DNA from: the human T2T-CHM13v2.0 reference genome, Homo sapiens
DNA length: 64,000 bases
Assembly (NCBI RefSeq): GCF_009914755.1
Contig: NC_060936.1
Reading direction: 5' to 3' (one strand)
Shown here: positions 1-14,475 of the stretch, one piece after another
Numbering within the stretch: the stretch's first letter is position 1
How the letters are laid out: each line of letters opens with the position of its first letter
Translations under genes and position numbers: made by a program
The notes under the pieces: generated by a model
What the model saw: the letters and a program-made list of their open reading frames with translations, nothing else
Told to the model about the DNA's origin: nothing
Database searches by the model: none

Positions 1-1572
1 GGATAATATCCTGCAGAGTGTTTTCCAGCTTGGTTCCATTCTCCCCATCACTTTCAGGTACACCAATCAGACACAGACTTGGTCTTTTCACATAGTCCCA
101 CATTTCTTGGAGGCTTTGTTTCTTTTTACTCTTTTTTCTCTAAAGTTCTCTTCTCACTTCATTTCATTAATTTGATCTTCAATCACTGATACCCTTTCTT
201 CCAAATGATCAAATTGGCTACTGAAGCTTGTGCATTCATCACGTAGTTGTTCTCGTGCCATGGTTTTCAGCTCCATCAGGTCATTTAAAGACTTCTCTAC
301 ACTGGTTATTCTATTTAGCCATTTGTCTAATCTTTTTACAAGGTTTTTAGCTTCTTTGCGATGGGTTCGAACTTCCTCCTTTAGCTCGGAGAAGTCTGAT
401 CGTCTGAAGCCTTCTTCTCTCAACTCATCAAAGTCATTCTCTGTCCAGCTTTGTTCCGTTGCTGGCGAGAAGCTGTGTTCCTTTGGCGGGGGAGAGGTGC
501 TCTGCTCTGATTTTTCTAATTTTCAGTTTTTCTGCTCTGCTTTTTCCCCATCTTTGTGGTTTTATCTATCTTTGGTCTTTGATGATGGTGATGTACAAAT
601 GGGATTTTGGTGTGGATGTCCTTTCTGTTTGTTAGTTTTCCTTCTAACAGTCAGGACCCTCAGCTGCAGGTCTGTTGGAGTTTGCTGGAGGTCCACTCCA
701 GACCCTGTTTGCCTGTGTATCAGCAGCGGAGGCTGTAGAACAGCGAATGTTGCCGAACAGCAAATATTGCTGCCTGATCGTTCCTCTGGAAGCTTTGTCT
801 CAGAGGGATACCCGGCCATGTGGGTGTCAAGGCTGCCCCTACGAGGCGGTGCCTCCCAGTTAGGCTACTTGGGGGTCAGGGACCCACATAAGGAGGCAGT
901 CTGCCCGTTCTCAGATCTCAAACTCCATGCTGGGAGAACCACTACTCTCTTCAAGGCTGTCAGACAGGGACATTTAAGTCTGCAGAGGTTTCTACTACCT
1001 TTTGTTTGGCCATGCCCTGCCCCCAGAGGTGGAGTCTACAGAGGAAGGCAGGCCTCCTTGAGCTGCGGTGGGCTCCACCCAGTTCGAGCTTCTGGGCTGC
1101 TTTGTTTACCTACTCAAGCCTCAGCAATTGTGGGCACCCATCCCCCAGGCTCGCTGCCACCTTGTAGTTCCATCTCAGACTGCTGTGCTAGCAATGAGCG
1201 AGGCTCCGTGGGCGTGGGACCCTCCAAGCCAGGTGCAGGATATAATCTCCTGGTGTGCCGTTTGCTAAGACCATTGGAAAAGCACAGTGTTAGGGTGGGA
1301 GTGACCCAATTTTCCAGGTGCCATCTGTCACAGCTTCCCTTGGCTAGGAACGGGAATTCCCTGACCCCTTGCACTTCCCAGGTGAGGCGATGCCTCGCCC
1401 TGCTTTGGCACACGCTCGGTGGGCTGCAGCCACTGTCCTGCACCCACTGTCCAACAAGCCCCAGTGAGATGAACCCGGTACCTCAGTTGGAAATGCAGAA
1501 ATCACCCGTCTTCTGCGTCGCTCACGCTAGGAGCTGTAGACCGGAGCTGTTCCTATTCGGCCATCTTGGGAA
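1..1572 (-). mobile_element. LINE-1 (L1PA3-L1PA6 age class): intact 5' end, ~1.02-kb 5'UTR and disrupted ORF1 start; runs off left edge; in KDM5A intron 3, same orientation as KDM5A
   Basis: Minus strand starts CCAAGATGGCCGAATAGGAACAGCTCC (L1 5' end with YY1 site, 1559-1568). ORF1 ATG at 551 reads MGKKQSRKTEN then TAG (518-516). ORF 154..423 (REEGFRRS..FSELKEEVR..SLNDLMELKTMARE) is ORF1p coiled coil. Retains the ~129-bp UTR segment (680-807) missing from younger L1s. Confidence 0.95.
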
Positions 1573-1599
1573 CATCTAGAGACAGTTTTAACATACCTA

Positions 1600-3465
1600 A
1601 AGAACAGTCTTCTACTTAAAAGCTCCCTCTAAAAAAATCCACTAAAAAGACAGGAAAGAAACAAAAAGGCATCCTCTCAAGAGGTCAAATAGACCAAGAA
1701 AGGAACCAAATACAAATGTAGACAATATTTTGAAGATAGTGATAAGCCAAAACAATAACAAAAACAGACAAACAAAAATTACAAGTTTAAGTGCCTTACA
1801 ACAGAGGAAAGCCAGAGAAGCTTTTGCAACATAGAACCTGGAAAGGCTTCAGAGGAGCCCCCTTCCTCCCTTTTCTAAAACAAGGAAAAAAAAAAAAGTC
1901 TTAAGAAGTAGCAGCAGTACCTCTAAAATTAGGGGTGGCAATGCAGCAGAGAACAGGATTGTGAAAACCTGTATAGAAGCACTTAGACCTCTTCCAGGCA
2001 ACTATCCCTCTCCAACCCCAGCAGAAAACTGGAGATTTACTCTCAGCAGAGTTTGAAGAGAAGGGATGTTGAACTAAAAAAGCTATAGGTAAGTAAACTA
2101 AAGGACCAGCCTAACATGTCTAACATCTAACTAATAAAGAGTCAAAAAGAAGAGAAAAAATAAGTACACAAAATTATCAAAGAATACAGGAAAAATTAGA
2201 AGAATTGAAAGAAATGAGTTATCAGATTAGAAAGGTTATTGAGAGCCATAAAAACAGTGAATGAAAATAAACACATACCAATGCATATCACCGTGAAATT
2301 TCAAAGCCCTGGGAATAAAGATAAGATCCTAAATCTTCAAGAAAAAAAAAGTCACAAAAAAACAAGAATTAATATAGCATCGTTCTTCTCACCAACAAGA
2401 CAATGGAGTAAAGCTTTCAAAATACTGAAGTAAAATGATTTACAATCTAGACTTTTAAACCCTACCAAACTACTAATAAAGTTTAAGAGCAGAACATTTG
2501 TACACAAGCAAAAGGTCCCAAAAAATGTATATCCCATTAACCATCTTTCTCATGAAATTAGCAGAAGAAATGTTTCACCAAAATGAGAGTAAACCAAGTA
2601 AAAGGAAGACTTACAACAAGGAAAAGAGGCCAAGGAATTCCCAGAATGATGGCAGTAAAAGGAATTTCCAGACTGACAGGTGACCTTAAAAAAACACCCA
2701 GTCAAGATTTGAGAGTAAAAAAGAATCCAGGAAGAATGGCTCCAAGAAAATAAAGCTGATAGATTATTTGATGGGTAGAAGCATACTGAGAGATGTATAC
2801 TTCTACTGGAAAGTTTGAAAATATATTTTTCACAGTAATAATTTTAGATTAATAAAAATTAATGTAACTACACTAGAAGGGGATGACGGACATAAAGTAT
2901 GGGAGGATTTACACCCATTCTCTTACACCCATTCTCCATCTTTAACAGTAGGAAATCAGTATATGATATTTAAAACTGAGAAATGAAGAAACAGCAATAT
3001 GAGCATATTACTTGGAAATACGAAGATCAAAATCAGAAACAGCTAAAAGAACTGAAAGTGATTAGTTCTGAGGAGTAGGAATGGGGGTGGAGATGAAGGG
3101 AGATGCTGATTTTCATTTTAAGCCCCCTTTTTTTTTTAAAGACAGGGTCTTACTCTGTTGCCCAGGTGGTGCAATCAGAGGTCACTATAGCCCCAAACAC
3201 CTGGACTCAAATGATCCTCCAGCTTCAGCTTCTCAAGTGGCTGTGACTACAGGCGCATGCCACCACACCTAGCTAATCTTTTTAAATTTTTTGTAGAGAC
3301 GGGGTCTCCCTATGTCTAGACCAGGAAGTTTATCTAGAACTCCTGGGCTCAAATGATCCTCCTGCCTCGGCCTCCCAAACTGCTGGGATTACAAGTATGA
3401 GCCCACTATACCCAGCCAAAGCCTTGTGTTTTAAAAGTGTACTACTTTAATAAAAATAAAAATGT
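1600..3465 (+). mobile_element. Ancient ORF1-type LINE remnant, most like HAL1, interrupted by an Alu (~3127-3417)
   Basis: ORF1p-like fragments HITVKFQ..DKIL..RQWSKAFKILK (2239-2433) and LAEEMFHQNE (2498-2683); 3' end aaagaactgaaagtg..gggggtgg..ttttcattttaagcc resembles recalled HAL1. Boundaries approximate. Confidence 0.6.
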
Positions 3466-3488
3466 TTTAACAAGAAGGGCTAGACTGA

Positions 3489-3605
<117 letters not shown>

Positions 3606-4194
3606 TGAGACCATCCTGGCTAACAGGGTGAAACCCTGTCTCTACTAAAAAATACAAAAAATTAGCCGGGCGTGGTGGTGGGCGCCTGTAGTCCCAGCTA
3701 CGCGGGAGGCTGAGGCGGGAGAATGTCATGAACCCAGGAGGCGGAGCTTAGAGTGAGCCAAAATCGTGCTGCTGCACTCCAGCCTGGGTGACAGAGTGAG
3801 ACTCCATCTCAAAAAAAAAAAAAAAAACTAATTATTCATATAGAAGTCTATTAAATTACAGGCATTCCAAGTAATACTTTTTATTATCAAAAATAATAGG
3901 GAGAAAGATGAAGTGATTTAATCAAAACAGGAAACCATCACGCTGATGACTTAATGACTCAGAAGACTGAAAATTTGCTTCCCATCAAAAAGCAATGGGA
4001 ATCATAGTATTTTCAAATCATATATAAAAAAAAAACTTAATAGATGCCAACAAACTGTCAGCCAAAAATAATCTTTTTTTTAAAAAAGGGCACACCTAAC
4101 CTTAAAACATCTCAACTCTCAGTATTTTCTGCAGTTTTCAGCCCAAGCCTCTTGCTAGAATAAAATGTCATGTTAATGAAATAAATAGTCACCC

Positions 4195-4405
4195 AATGAT
4201 AAAGGTCAGAATAAATTACCTTTGTGAAGAAGTATTGACTGGAAAGGAGATGAAACAACCCACTAGAGTGCTATAAAAATGTTATATATCTTGATCTGCG
4301 TGATGGCTACAAAACAGGTGTACACATATATGAAAATTTATTGAACTGTACGCTTGAAATTTGTGCATTACACTGTAAGTTACACCTCAATGTAAAAGAA
4401 AAAAG
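4195..4405 (+). mobile_element. Old L1M (L1ME-like) 3'-end fragment
   Basis: tatatcttgatctg..gtgatggctac..aaaatttattgaactgtacgcttgaaatttgtgcatt..tacacctcaat resembles L1ME 3' terminus. Confidence 0.65.
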
Positions 4406-5469
4406 TTAACGTGAGAAGCAGCAATCTCACAATGACATTTAGGGAACAAAGTATTATAAACTAAAATAACTACAAATCAAAGTTTGTCTGCCTTTTAGCT
4501 TTAAATCTCAGTTTTGCAAACATTCTCACAGGTTGGGGAAAGAGATGTCCATGAGGACTTAAAAAAACCCACAAAGACAAGATTCCAATAAACCGTCAGA
4601 TAAGCACACTTAACCTTTAATCATAACATATTTTCAATAAGTTTTCTGAATATTTAAACAAAGTGTACTTTATTAGTAGTATGAACCTTAAAAGGAAATC
4701 AGCTTCTCAAGATGGAGTTAAACACTCTGGATGACCGTTATAAGGAGAATTGTGAACAACTAAGTATTCAGACTAGGTTACCTCTAAAAGCCCCTTCCCT
4801 ATTTTGAAATCCTATGACTTTAGAAAACCAGAAAAGTGCAGCCGGGCACGGTGGCTTGCACCTGTAATCCCACCATTTTGGGAGGCCAAGACGGGAGATC
4901 ACTTGAGATCAGGAGTTCGTGACTAGCTTGGCCAACATGACGAAACCCCGTCTCTACTAAAAATACAAACATTAGCCAGGCGTGGTGGTGTGCGCCTGTA
5001 GTCCCAGCTGCTTCTGAGGCTGAGTGAGGGGAATCGCTTGAACCCAGGAGGTGGGAGGTTGCAGTGAGCCGAGATCACGCCTCTAGCCTGGGTGATGGGG
5101 GAGACTCCGTCTCCAAAAAAAAAAAAAAAATGCAATTTAACTTACCATCAGATTAAACCTAAGGTTTACCTTTTAAATGGAAAATCACTGACAGAGAAAG
5201 TTTCAATAGATTACTACTCATACTATTAATACTTACTCTAGCAAATTCCTTAGGGTATTTATGAAAATAAAATAGAGATAAAGATTGGCCGGGCACAGTG
5301 GCTCACACCTGTAATCCCTACACTTTGGGAGGCCAAGGTGGGCAGATCATTTCAGGTCAGGAGTTCAAGGCCAGCCTGGCCAACATGGTAAAAACCCCAT
5401 CTTTACTAAAAATATAAAAATTAGCCGGGTGTGGTGGCACACACCTTTAATCCCAGTCCCAGCTACTCA

Positions 5470-5811
<342 letters not shown>

Positions 5812-5826
5812 TAATTTTTTGCATAA

Positions 5827-6024
<198 letters not shown>

Positions 6025-6085
6025 TAGTAGAGACGAGGTTTCTCCATGTTGGTTGGGTTGGTCTCGAACTCCCGACCTCAAGTGA

Positions 6086-6190
<105 letters not shown>

Positions 6191-6986
6191 TGACCTCAGG
6201 TGATCCATCCGCCTCAGCCTTCCAAAGTGCTGGGATTACAGGCATGAGCCACAGTGCCGAGCCAATTTTTGAAATTTTTTTTGTATTTTATTCATACTAC
6301 AGTCAAACACATTCAGAATCTTAAACAGCATCATACAGCAAAACTTAGTAGGTAAGTTTTGATTGAATAAAAATTTCAAAAAAGCATTCTTAAGATGAAT
6401 TTTTATCCTAATAGTTCCCTATAAGAAGAAACCCACCACCCAAATTTAGCATAATTTGTTCTTTAGTACCATAGGTTTTCATATAACTATACTAGACAAT
6501 TCTTGACACAGTGCTTACTTACTAACATCATTACCTGACTGATTAAAAAAAGTCTCAAGCTGTATTTTAGCGTAAGACCGTACTTCCCAAATTTTTTAGT
6601 AAGAGAATTTTGACCTGACACTAATTTTAAAATGTATCATAAAAGATAATTTAAATATGGTTACTCTGTTTTTTTTGGAAACAGGGTCTTGCTCTGTCAC
6701 TCAAGCTGGAATGCAGTGGTGTGATGACAGCTCACCGCAGTCTTGACCTCCTGGGCTCAAGCAATCCTCCTGCCTCAGCCTCTTGATTAGCTGGGACTCC
6801 AGGAGTCCACCACCATGCCAGGATTATTTATTTTTTAATTTTTTGTAGAGATGGAGTCTCACTATGTTGCCTAGCCTGGTCTCGAACTCCTAGGTTCAAG
6901 CAATCCTTCCACCTCAGCCTCCCAAAGTGCTGGGATTATAGGTATGAGCCACCACATGCCACGAATTATTCTCATGTTTTTCCTTA

Positions 6987-7091
<105 letters not shown>

Positions 7092-7137
7092 CTAACCAAC
7101 ATGGAGAAACCCTGTCTCTACTAACAATACAAAATTA

Positions 7138-7314
<177 letters not shown>

Positions 7315-7567
7315 TCAAAAAAAAAAAAAAGTGAAATCTTCTAAAAGTAACTGCAATTTAAATAAGAATAAATTTTTATTTCAAAATAGTATATAAATTA
7401 TAAGATATGAAAGGCCACAAGAAGAAGTTGTTTTACAAAATTCCCAGATAATTAAGCAATAATAAATTTGTATTATTGTAGTAACAAAACATATTTTAGC
7501 CGGGCGCGGTGGCTCACGCCTGTAATCTATAATCCCAGCACTTTGGGAGATCAAGGTGAGCGGATCA

Positions 7568-7825
<258 letters not shown>

Positions 7826-8564
7826 TCAGCTTGCAGGTCAGTTAGTTTTTTTTTTTCACATTAGGGAATATAATGTTAAAAAATTAACACAATTTCAGCA
7901 AAAACTTGTCTAAACTCTTCACCCTTAAGTTTCTGAGCTGTTTGGTCATCCTACTGAATAATGATGGCCTCAGTCAGCCATTAACACTACATACACGTAT
8001 TAACAAAACTAATATATACCACACATAAGAATGCTGAGAAACATGAGTTTCTTTAATATGCCAAATTTTCTCTTTTTTTTTTTGAGACAGGGTCTAACTC
8101 CTGTGGCCAAGGCTGAGGTGCAGTGGCGCAATCACAGCTCACTGCAGCCTTGACTTTCCGGACTCATGTGATCCTCCCACCTTAGCCTCCTGAGTGGTTG
8201 AGACTACAGGTGTGCACCACCATGCCCAGTTAGCTTTTCTGTATTTTTAGTAGACATAGGGTTTCACCATGTTGCCTGGGCTAGTCTCTAACTCCTAGGC
8301 TCAAGTGATCCTCCCACCTCAACCTCCTAAAGTGCTGGGATTACAGGCATGAGCCACCGTGCCTGGCCCAAATTTTCAATTAAGTAACAAAAAAAAAGAT
8401 GACAAGCTCAACACAGAACATTGTACACTCAGCACAAGATAACATTAGCAGGCTAGAGTAATTTATTTTGCATATTGTATATCACAGAGCCTGATAAATA
8501 TTAATATTTAGTAATTAAATATTGATCTCAACAAATATAAAATAAGTTTTAAAGATAACTTTGA

Positions 8565-8825
<261 letters not shown>

Positions 8826-8864
8826 TGATATTCCTAAATTCACAAGCCTGTGCTCTAATTTCTA

Positions 8865-9005
<141 letters not shown>

Positions 9006-9065
9006 CTAAGATTATTAAAATACAGAAGAACTAAGTTATGATTGAAATGAATAAGAATAACAGAG

Positions 9066-9369
9066 CAGGGGTCCCCAAACCCCAGGATGTGGACCAGTAC
9101 CCATCAGCGGCCTGTTAGGAACCCAGCCGCACAGCAGGAGGTGAGCAGCGGCAGTGGGCAACCAACCGGGCAAGCATTACCACAAACCCTATTGTGAACT
9201 GCGTGTGAGGGATTTAGGTTGTGAGCACCTTTTGAGAATCTAAGTAATGCTTGATGATCTGAGGTGGAACAGTTTCATCCCAAAACCATCCTCCATACCC
9301 CCATCCATCCATGGATAAACTGTCTTCCATGAAACCAGTCCTTGGTGCCAAAAAGGTTTGGGACAGCTG
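9066..9369 (+). mobile_element. MER1B-like hAT MITE
   Basis: Termini caggggtccccaa ... tttgggacagctg; near-identical 8-bp flanks taacagag/taatagag (hAT TSD). Confidence 0.85.
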
Positions 9370-9725
9370 TAATAGAGGTACTCATTTCTCTAAAGAAATT
9401 CAAAGACTTTTTTTCATTATTGCTTATTTCAACCCTGTAAAACTAGCCAATAGTAAAACTAGCCAATAATAAAGAGGCAAAAGACTTCTAATAAACTATA
9501 TTTATTCAGGCAAAAAAGTTACTCTGATTTATGTAAAAAGTTGTCATATTAGCAACCAAAACAATTTTTGTAAGTTGGTTTAACTTTATGCTGATCAGAA
9601 AATTCAGTAGATCGGATTCTCTTCAGTCTCTAACGTTCTGTCATTTCATCCATATGTAACATGCACACTTTAGGTGCATCAACTCTATACCTCACTGATA
9701 CTAATATGCTTTGTCAAGTATCTAA

Positions 9726-10150
<425 letters not shown>

Positions 10151-10251
10151 CTAAAAGTTTTCATATCACAATGAAGAACCTTCTGAAAACCCATAAACAG
10201 AAAAAACAGCAAAACGTACACTTCCATTTAGAAAATTTAAGATAAATTAGT

Positions 10252-10307
10252 AATACTTAAAGTAATTAAAAAATAATACTTAAAGTAATTAAAAAGTAAT
10301 ACTTAAA
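10252..10307. repeat. Short AT-rich tandem repeat (~22-23 bp x2.5)
   Basis: taatacttaaagtaattaaaaa repeated directly. Confidence 0.8.
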
Positions 10308-10694
10308 ATCTTAATAAATCAGATTAACACTCCTGGCAAAGTTCCATTAAAACCAAAACCAAAACCAAACCAAAACAAAACAAACTCTGAAAACTAGGGT
10401 TTTAAAATAGGATTTAAAAATCCATTTTCCAAGAACCGAGGGAGAAAGAAATCTTCCAAGATTAACAAAAATTTTAGTAGAGTAAGAAACACTAGAGAAA
10501 GTAGAATTTAAGAATTCTAAGTCTCTGAAGCTAAGCATTGAACATTTCTCAGTTAAATGGAAAAACCATAACAACTTTGCACAGTTTTTAAAAAATCATA
10601 CTCTTCCTCCAAACATCAAGTAACTATTCCATTCAATACCAATTAACACAAACTCTAGGCTGTGGTACATGAGCTTCTCAAAGTTCTCTACCTA

Positions 10695-10826
<132 letters not shown>

Positions 10827-10999
10827 CTAAATAGAAAGATTTTTTTAAAAAAACACAGTGGTATGTAAACAAGGAATGCATTAATTATTCCCTTAAAGGG
10901 GGTTTTTGCCACAAATCATGGTGCTAATAGACTAACTTACAAGTCTTCTTTATTATAGAGACAGAATGAGCAATTCTTTTCGATAAAATAATTTTAATA

Positions 11000-11617
11000 C
11001 AGGTTGAGTATCCCTCATCTGAAATGCTTGGAACCAGAAGTGTTTTGGATTTCAGATTTTTCCATATTTTGGAATATCTGCATATACATAATGAGATATC
11101 TTGGAGAAAGAACCAAGCCTAAATACAAAATTCTTTTGTTTCATATAAAGTTATACATAGGCTAAGGTAATTTTATGCAATATTTTTAATAATCTGGTGC
11201 ATAACGCTTGTGTATACTGGACCGTCAGAAAAGAAAGGTGTCACTAGCTCAGCCACCAGTGTGGACAATTTGTGGTTGTCTGGCATCACCACCATTCCTG
11301 ACTGTGAATTTACATGCTACCAATAAACAATCATTTCTTTACACTTATTTCCACTTAAGTAGTTAACAGAAAAAATATACCATACCATTAATACAATGAA
11401 AAAAATAATCTGTTCAAGCTGGGTGCAGTAGCTCATACCTGTAATCCCAGCACATTGGGAGACTGAGGCAGGAGGATCGCTTGAGCCCAGGAGCTTAAGA
11501 CCAGCCCAGGCAACAGAGCGAGACCCTGTCTCTATAAAAGAAAAAGAAAAAGAATAATTCAGATTTTGGATGATTTCGGATTTGGAATTTTTAAAGTAGG
11601 GATGGATGCTCAACCTG
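11000..11617 (+). mobile_element. Tigger4/Zombi-type TcMar element with FLAM insertion (~11417-11552)
   Basis: TIRs caggttgagtatcc / ggatgctcaacctg, both flanked by TA. Confidence 0.85.
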
Positions 11618-12459
11618 TATTGCTCAGAGAAGCAATCCTCTTCAAACCAGTCCCACCGTTTACCTCCCACAATTATGCTTTCCCAAGTTACTCAAGTGGA
11701 ATTCAATGAGGTCATGTACCACAAAACAGTATCTAGTAAACATTCAGGTTTACCAAGATCAAAAAAAAAAAACTTGTGTTTAAACTAAAAAGGGTAAAAT
11801 TTAAGATTAAAAAGAAACTTTTAAGAACTTATTTATTTAAACGATTTTTTTTATGTTATGTGTAATGTGACAGAGCACTTTATGTTACACAAATGTTTTG
11901 TTCAAAGCCCAGCTTCTGGGAACCCAAATATTCAAAAAACACGCAGAACAAGGACAATTTCCAGACTGTGATATAACTAAAATTAGATAGCATATTTCAA
12001 GTGGGGTCTAAATAACATAGTTTGATTTGGCCTAAATAACAGAATAACAGTAAACCTATTTTAAAACGTTGAGTAGTCAAAAAAAAAAAAAAGTCTTACC
12101 TTGGAAACTGAAGAAATCTGCCAATACTAAAATTAAATTCTGATTGTAAACAAGATTTATTTTCAATAATGTGACATAAAGAGAAAGCATTATTTCAGCA
12201 TTTTTTTAAGTAAAAAAATTTTTTTTAATCAAAGTAACCGTGAATAGAATTTCTAATTAATAAATTCAAGAGTAGATAAAAATATGACTTAGGAAAACCT
12301 TCAATGCTTAAGATTTGTTAATATTAGGTAATTATGATAGAAAAAAGGGTTAAATGGAAGTTTTTGGAGGATGGCAATGCATATCATCATAGCAATTATT
12401 TGTTAATCCTCTGCTTGAAATGAGTAGTCTATAACCTTAAACAAAGTCATTCAACATAG

Positions 12460-13100
12460 TGAGAGCATTACGTCTGTTTCAGAATCAGAAAAACTGATCT
12501 AGGTTCAAAATACACTTTGCCACTTGCCCAAGATCACACATTTGGTGTTTTAACTTATCCAGATTAGCCTCATCTGTAAAAGGCGGACTTTATTTACCTG
12601 TCAGGGCTTCAAAGATTAAAGCAAACAATCTATAGGTGTTAAATTAGCTCCTCCTCGCTGTCATTTAAGTTTTTAATACGCTGCGGTGCCTATCTCTGTG
12701 GTAGTCAGTGGTGACGGCAGATGCTTTTTAAAAAGCAACACTGGTTAACAGTGCTTAATATTTTATCATTACTAATACTAGACAAAACATAAAGCAAAAT
12801 GCCTTTAACAAGCAACGACTAAAGCAATGGTTCGAAAACCTCAACTTACATGAAGAATCATCTGAGACTAGTTGCTAGAAAAGCAGATTCCAGAACTTCC
12901 ACAACAAGACTAGAGATCTGCATTTAAACAAGCATCCAGTTGACCCTGGTGCAAGTGGTCCAGCAACATCATTTAAAAAGCACTGGTCTAATGAGTAAAG
13001 AAAAACACCTTTGACCTTGAGTAATCACTCAACCTCTTGGGGCATTAATCCCCTCCACACAAGGGATAGTATCTGTTTTCCTTACCTCAAAGGTGAGATT
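12460..13100. mobile_element. MIR fragments (~12460-12630, ~13000-13100) flanking a MER5-like hAT MITE (~12826-12985)
   Basis: MIR core-like cctcatctgtaaaa and ccttacctca; MER5-like gcagattcc..atctgcatttaaacaagcatcc..aagcactg. Confidence 0.55.
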
Positions 13101-13611
13101 ATAATTAACCTTATAGGCAAACCTAGTTATCTGCAATAACTGTGATTCTAAAATCGTTGATCTTGAGTTCCCTACGTCAAGAGATTTCAACATTTCCTTC
13201 CACCTCCACTATAAACCAATTTTTCCTAAACCTCTAAATTTTAGAATTATTGCTGCTCCTTCTCTTTCCCCGCTAAGACTTTTTCACTGCGGCAATAATT
13301 AGTCTGGAGTTCTTGTCTAGTAATACCATCCGGTGAGACTAGAGCTCAGATAACCTTTTCAGAAACCCTAGCCCTGAGATGAGGCCTGCAAATATTTGAT
13401 CCAACCAGGTCTTGAATAAAGAGATAGCCGACTATCAAACCATAATGAGGATACGTGAGGGAAGAATACGTCACGTCATAATACTGTACTTTAAACACCA
13501 TATCGGCTAACGAAAGGCTTTAGGCCCACGGCTGAGAGAAAAGTATCAGTTCCCAAGTTCTAGGCGGAAGAGGCCCAAGAGACACCACTTTCTCGCGTTC
13601 AGACGTGTCTA

Positions 13612-14070
<459 letters not shown>

Positions 14071-14199
14071 TCAACACAGAAACCCCAGAATCGCTTCCTC
14101 CTCCCGTTTGTTATTGTTTCTTGCAAGGCTTTTCCACTGAGGTTCAGGACTTTTCCGGAAGTTACCGTGCTGTCAAATCCCTCCGCCCCCTGCAGGAAA

Positions 14200-14340
14200 C
14201 GGAATCCTTCCGCAGCTGCACGACGCCTGTGTGTCTGGCCTTTCCTTCTTCTTCTCTTCCCCGGCAGCACAGTGTGGCTGTTTGTCTCCTTGCCCGCCAA
14301 AGTTCTGCCCAGTCCAACGACTCCACGCAGCTCGCCCTTG
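14200..14340 (+). other. CCDC77: Probable upstream alternative non-coding first exon of CCDC77 (start approximate)
   Basis: Plus-strand donor TTG|GTAAGG at 14341 inside the CpG island; agrees with recalled CCDC77 isoforms starting at the KDM5A promoter. Confidence 0.65.
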
Positions 14341-14402
14341 GTAAGGGGTCGGGGAGGGGCACAAGCTCTTCTTTACTAGAGGTACGGATTGAGGGAAGCC
14401 GA

Positions 14403-14475
14403 CGGGGCGAGGCGGGGCGAGGCGGGGCGAGGCGGGGCGAGGCGGGGCGAGGCGGAACGAGGCGGGGCGAGGCGC
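14403..14475. repeat. (GGCGGGGCGA)n decamer tandem repeat, ~7 units
   Basis: Direct read; one unit interrupted (ggcggaacga). Confidence 0.95.

Noticed and set aside
154-551. L1 ORF1 as an active CDS
   Set aside because: In-frame TAG at codon 12 and further indels; not retrotransposition-competent in cis.
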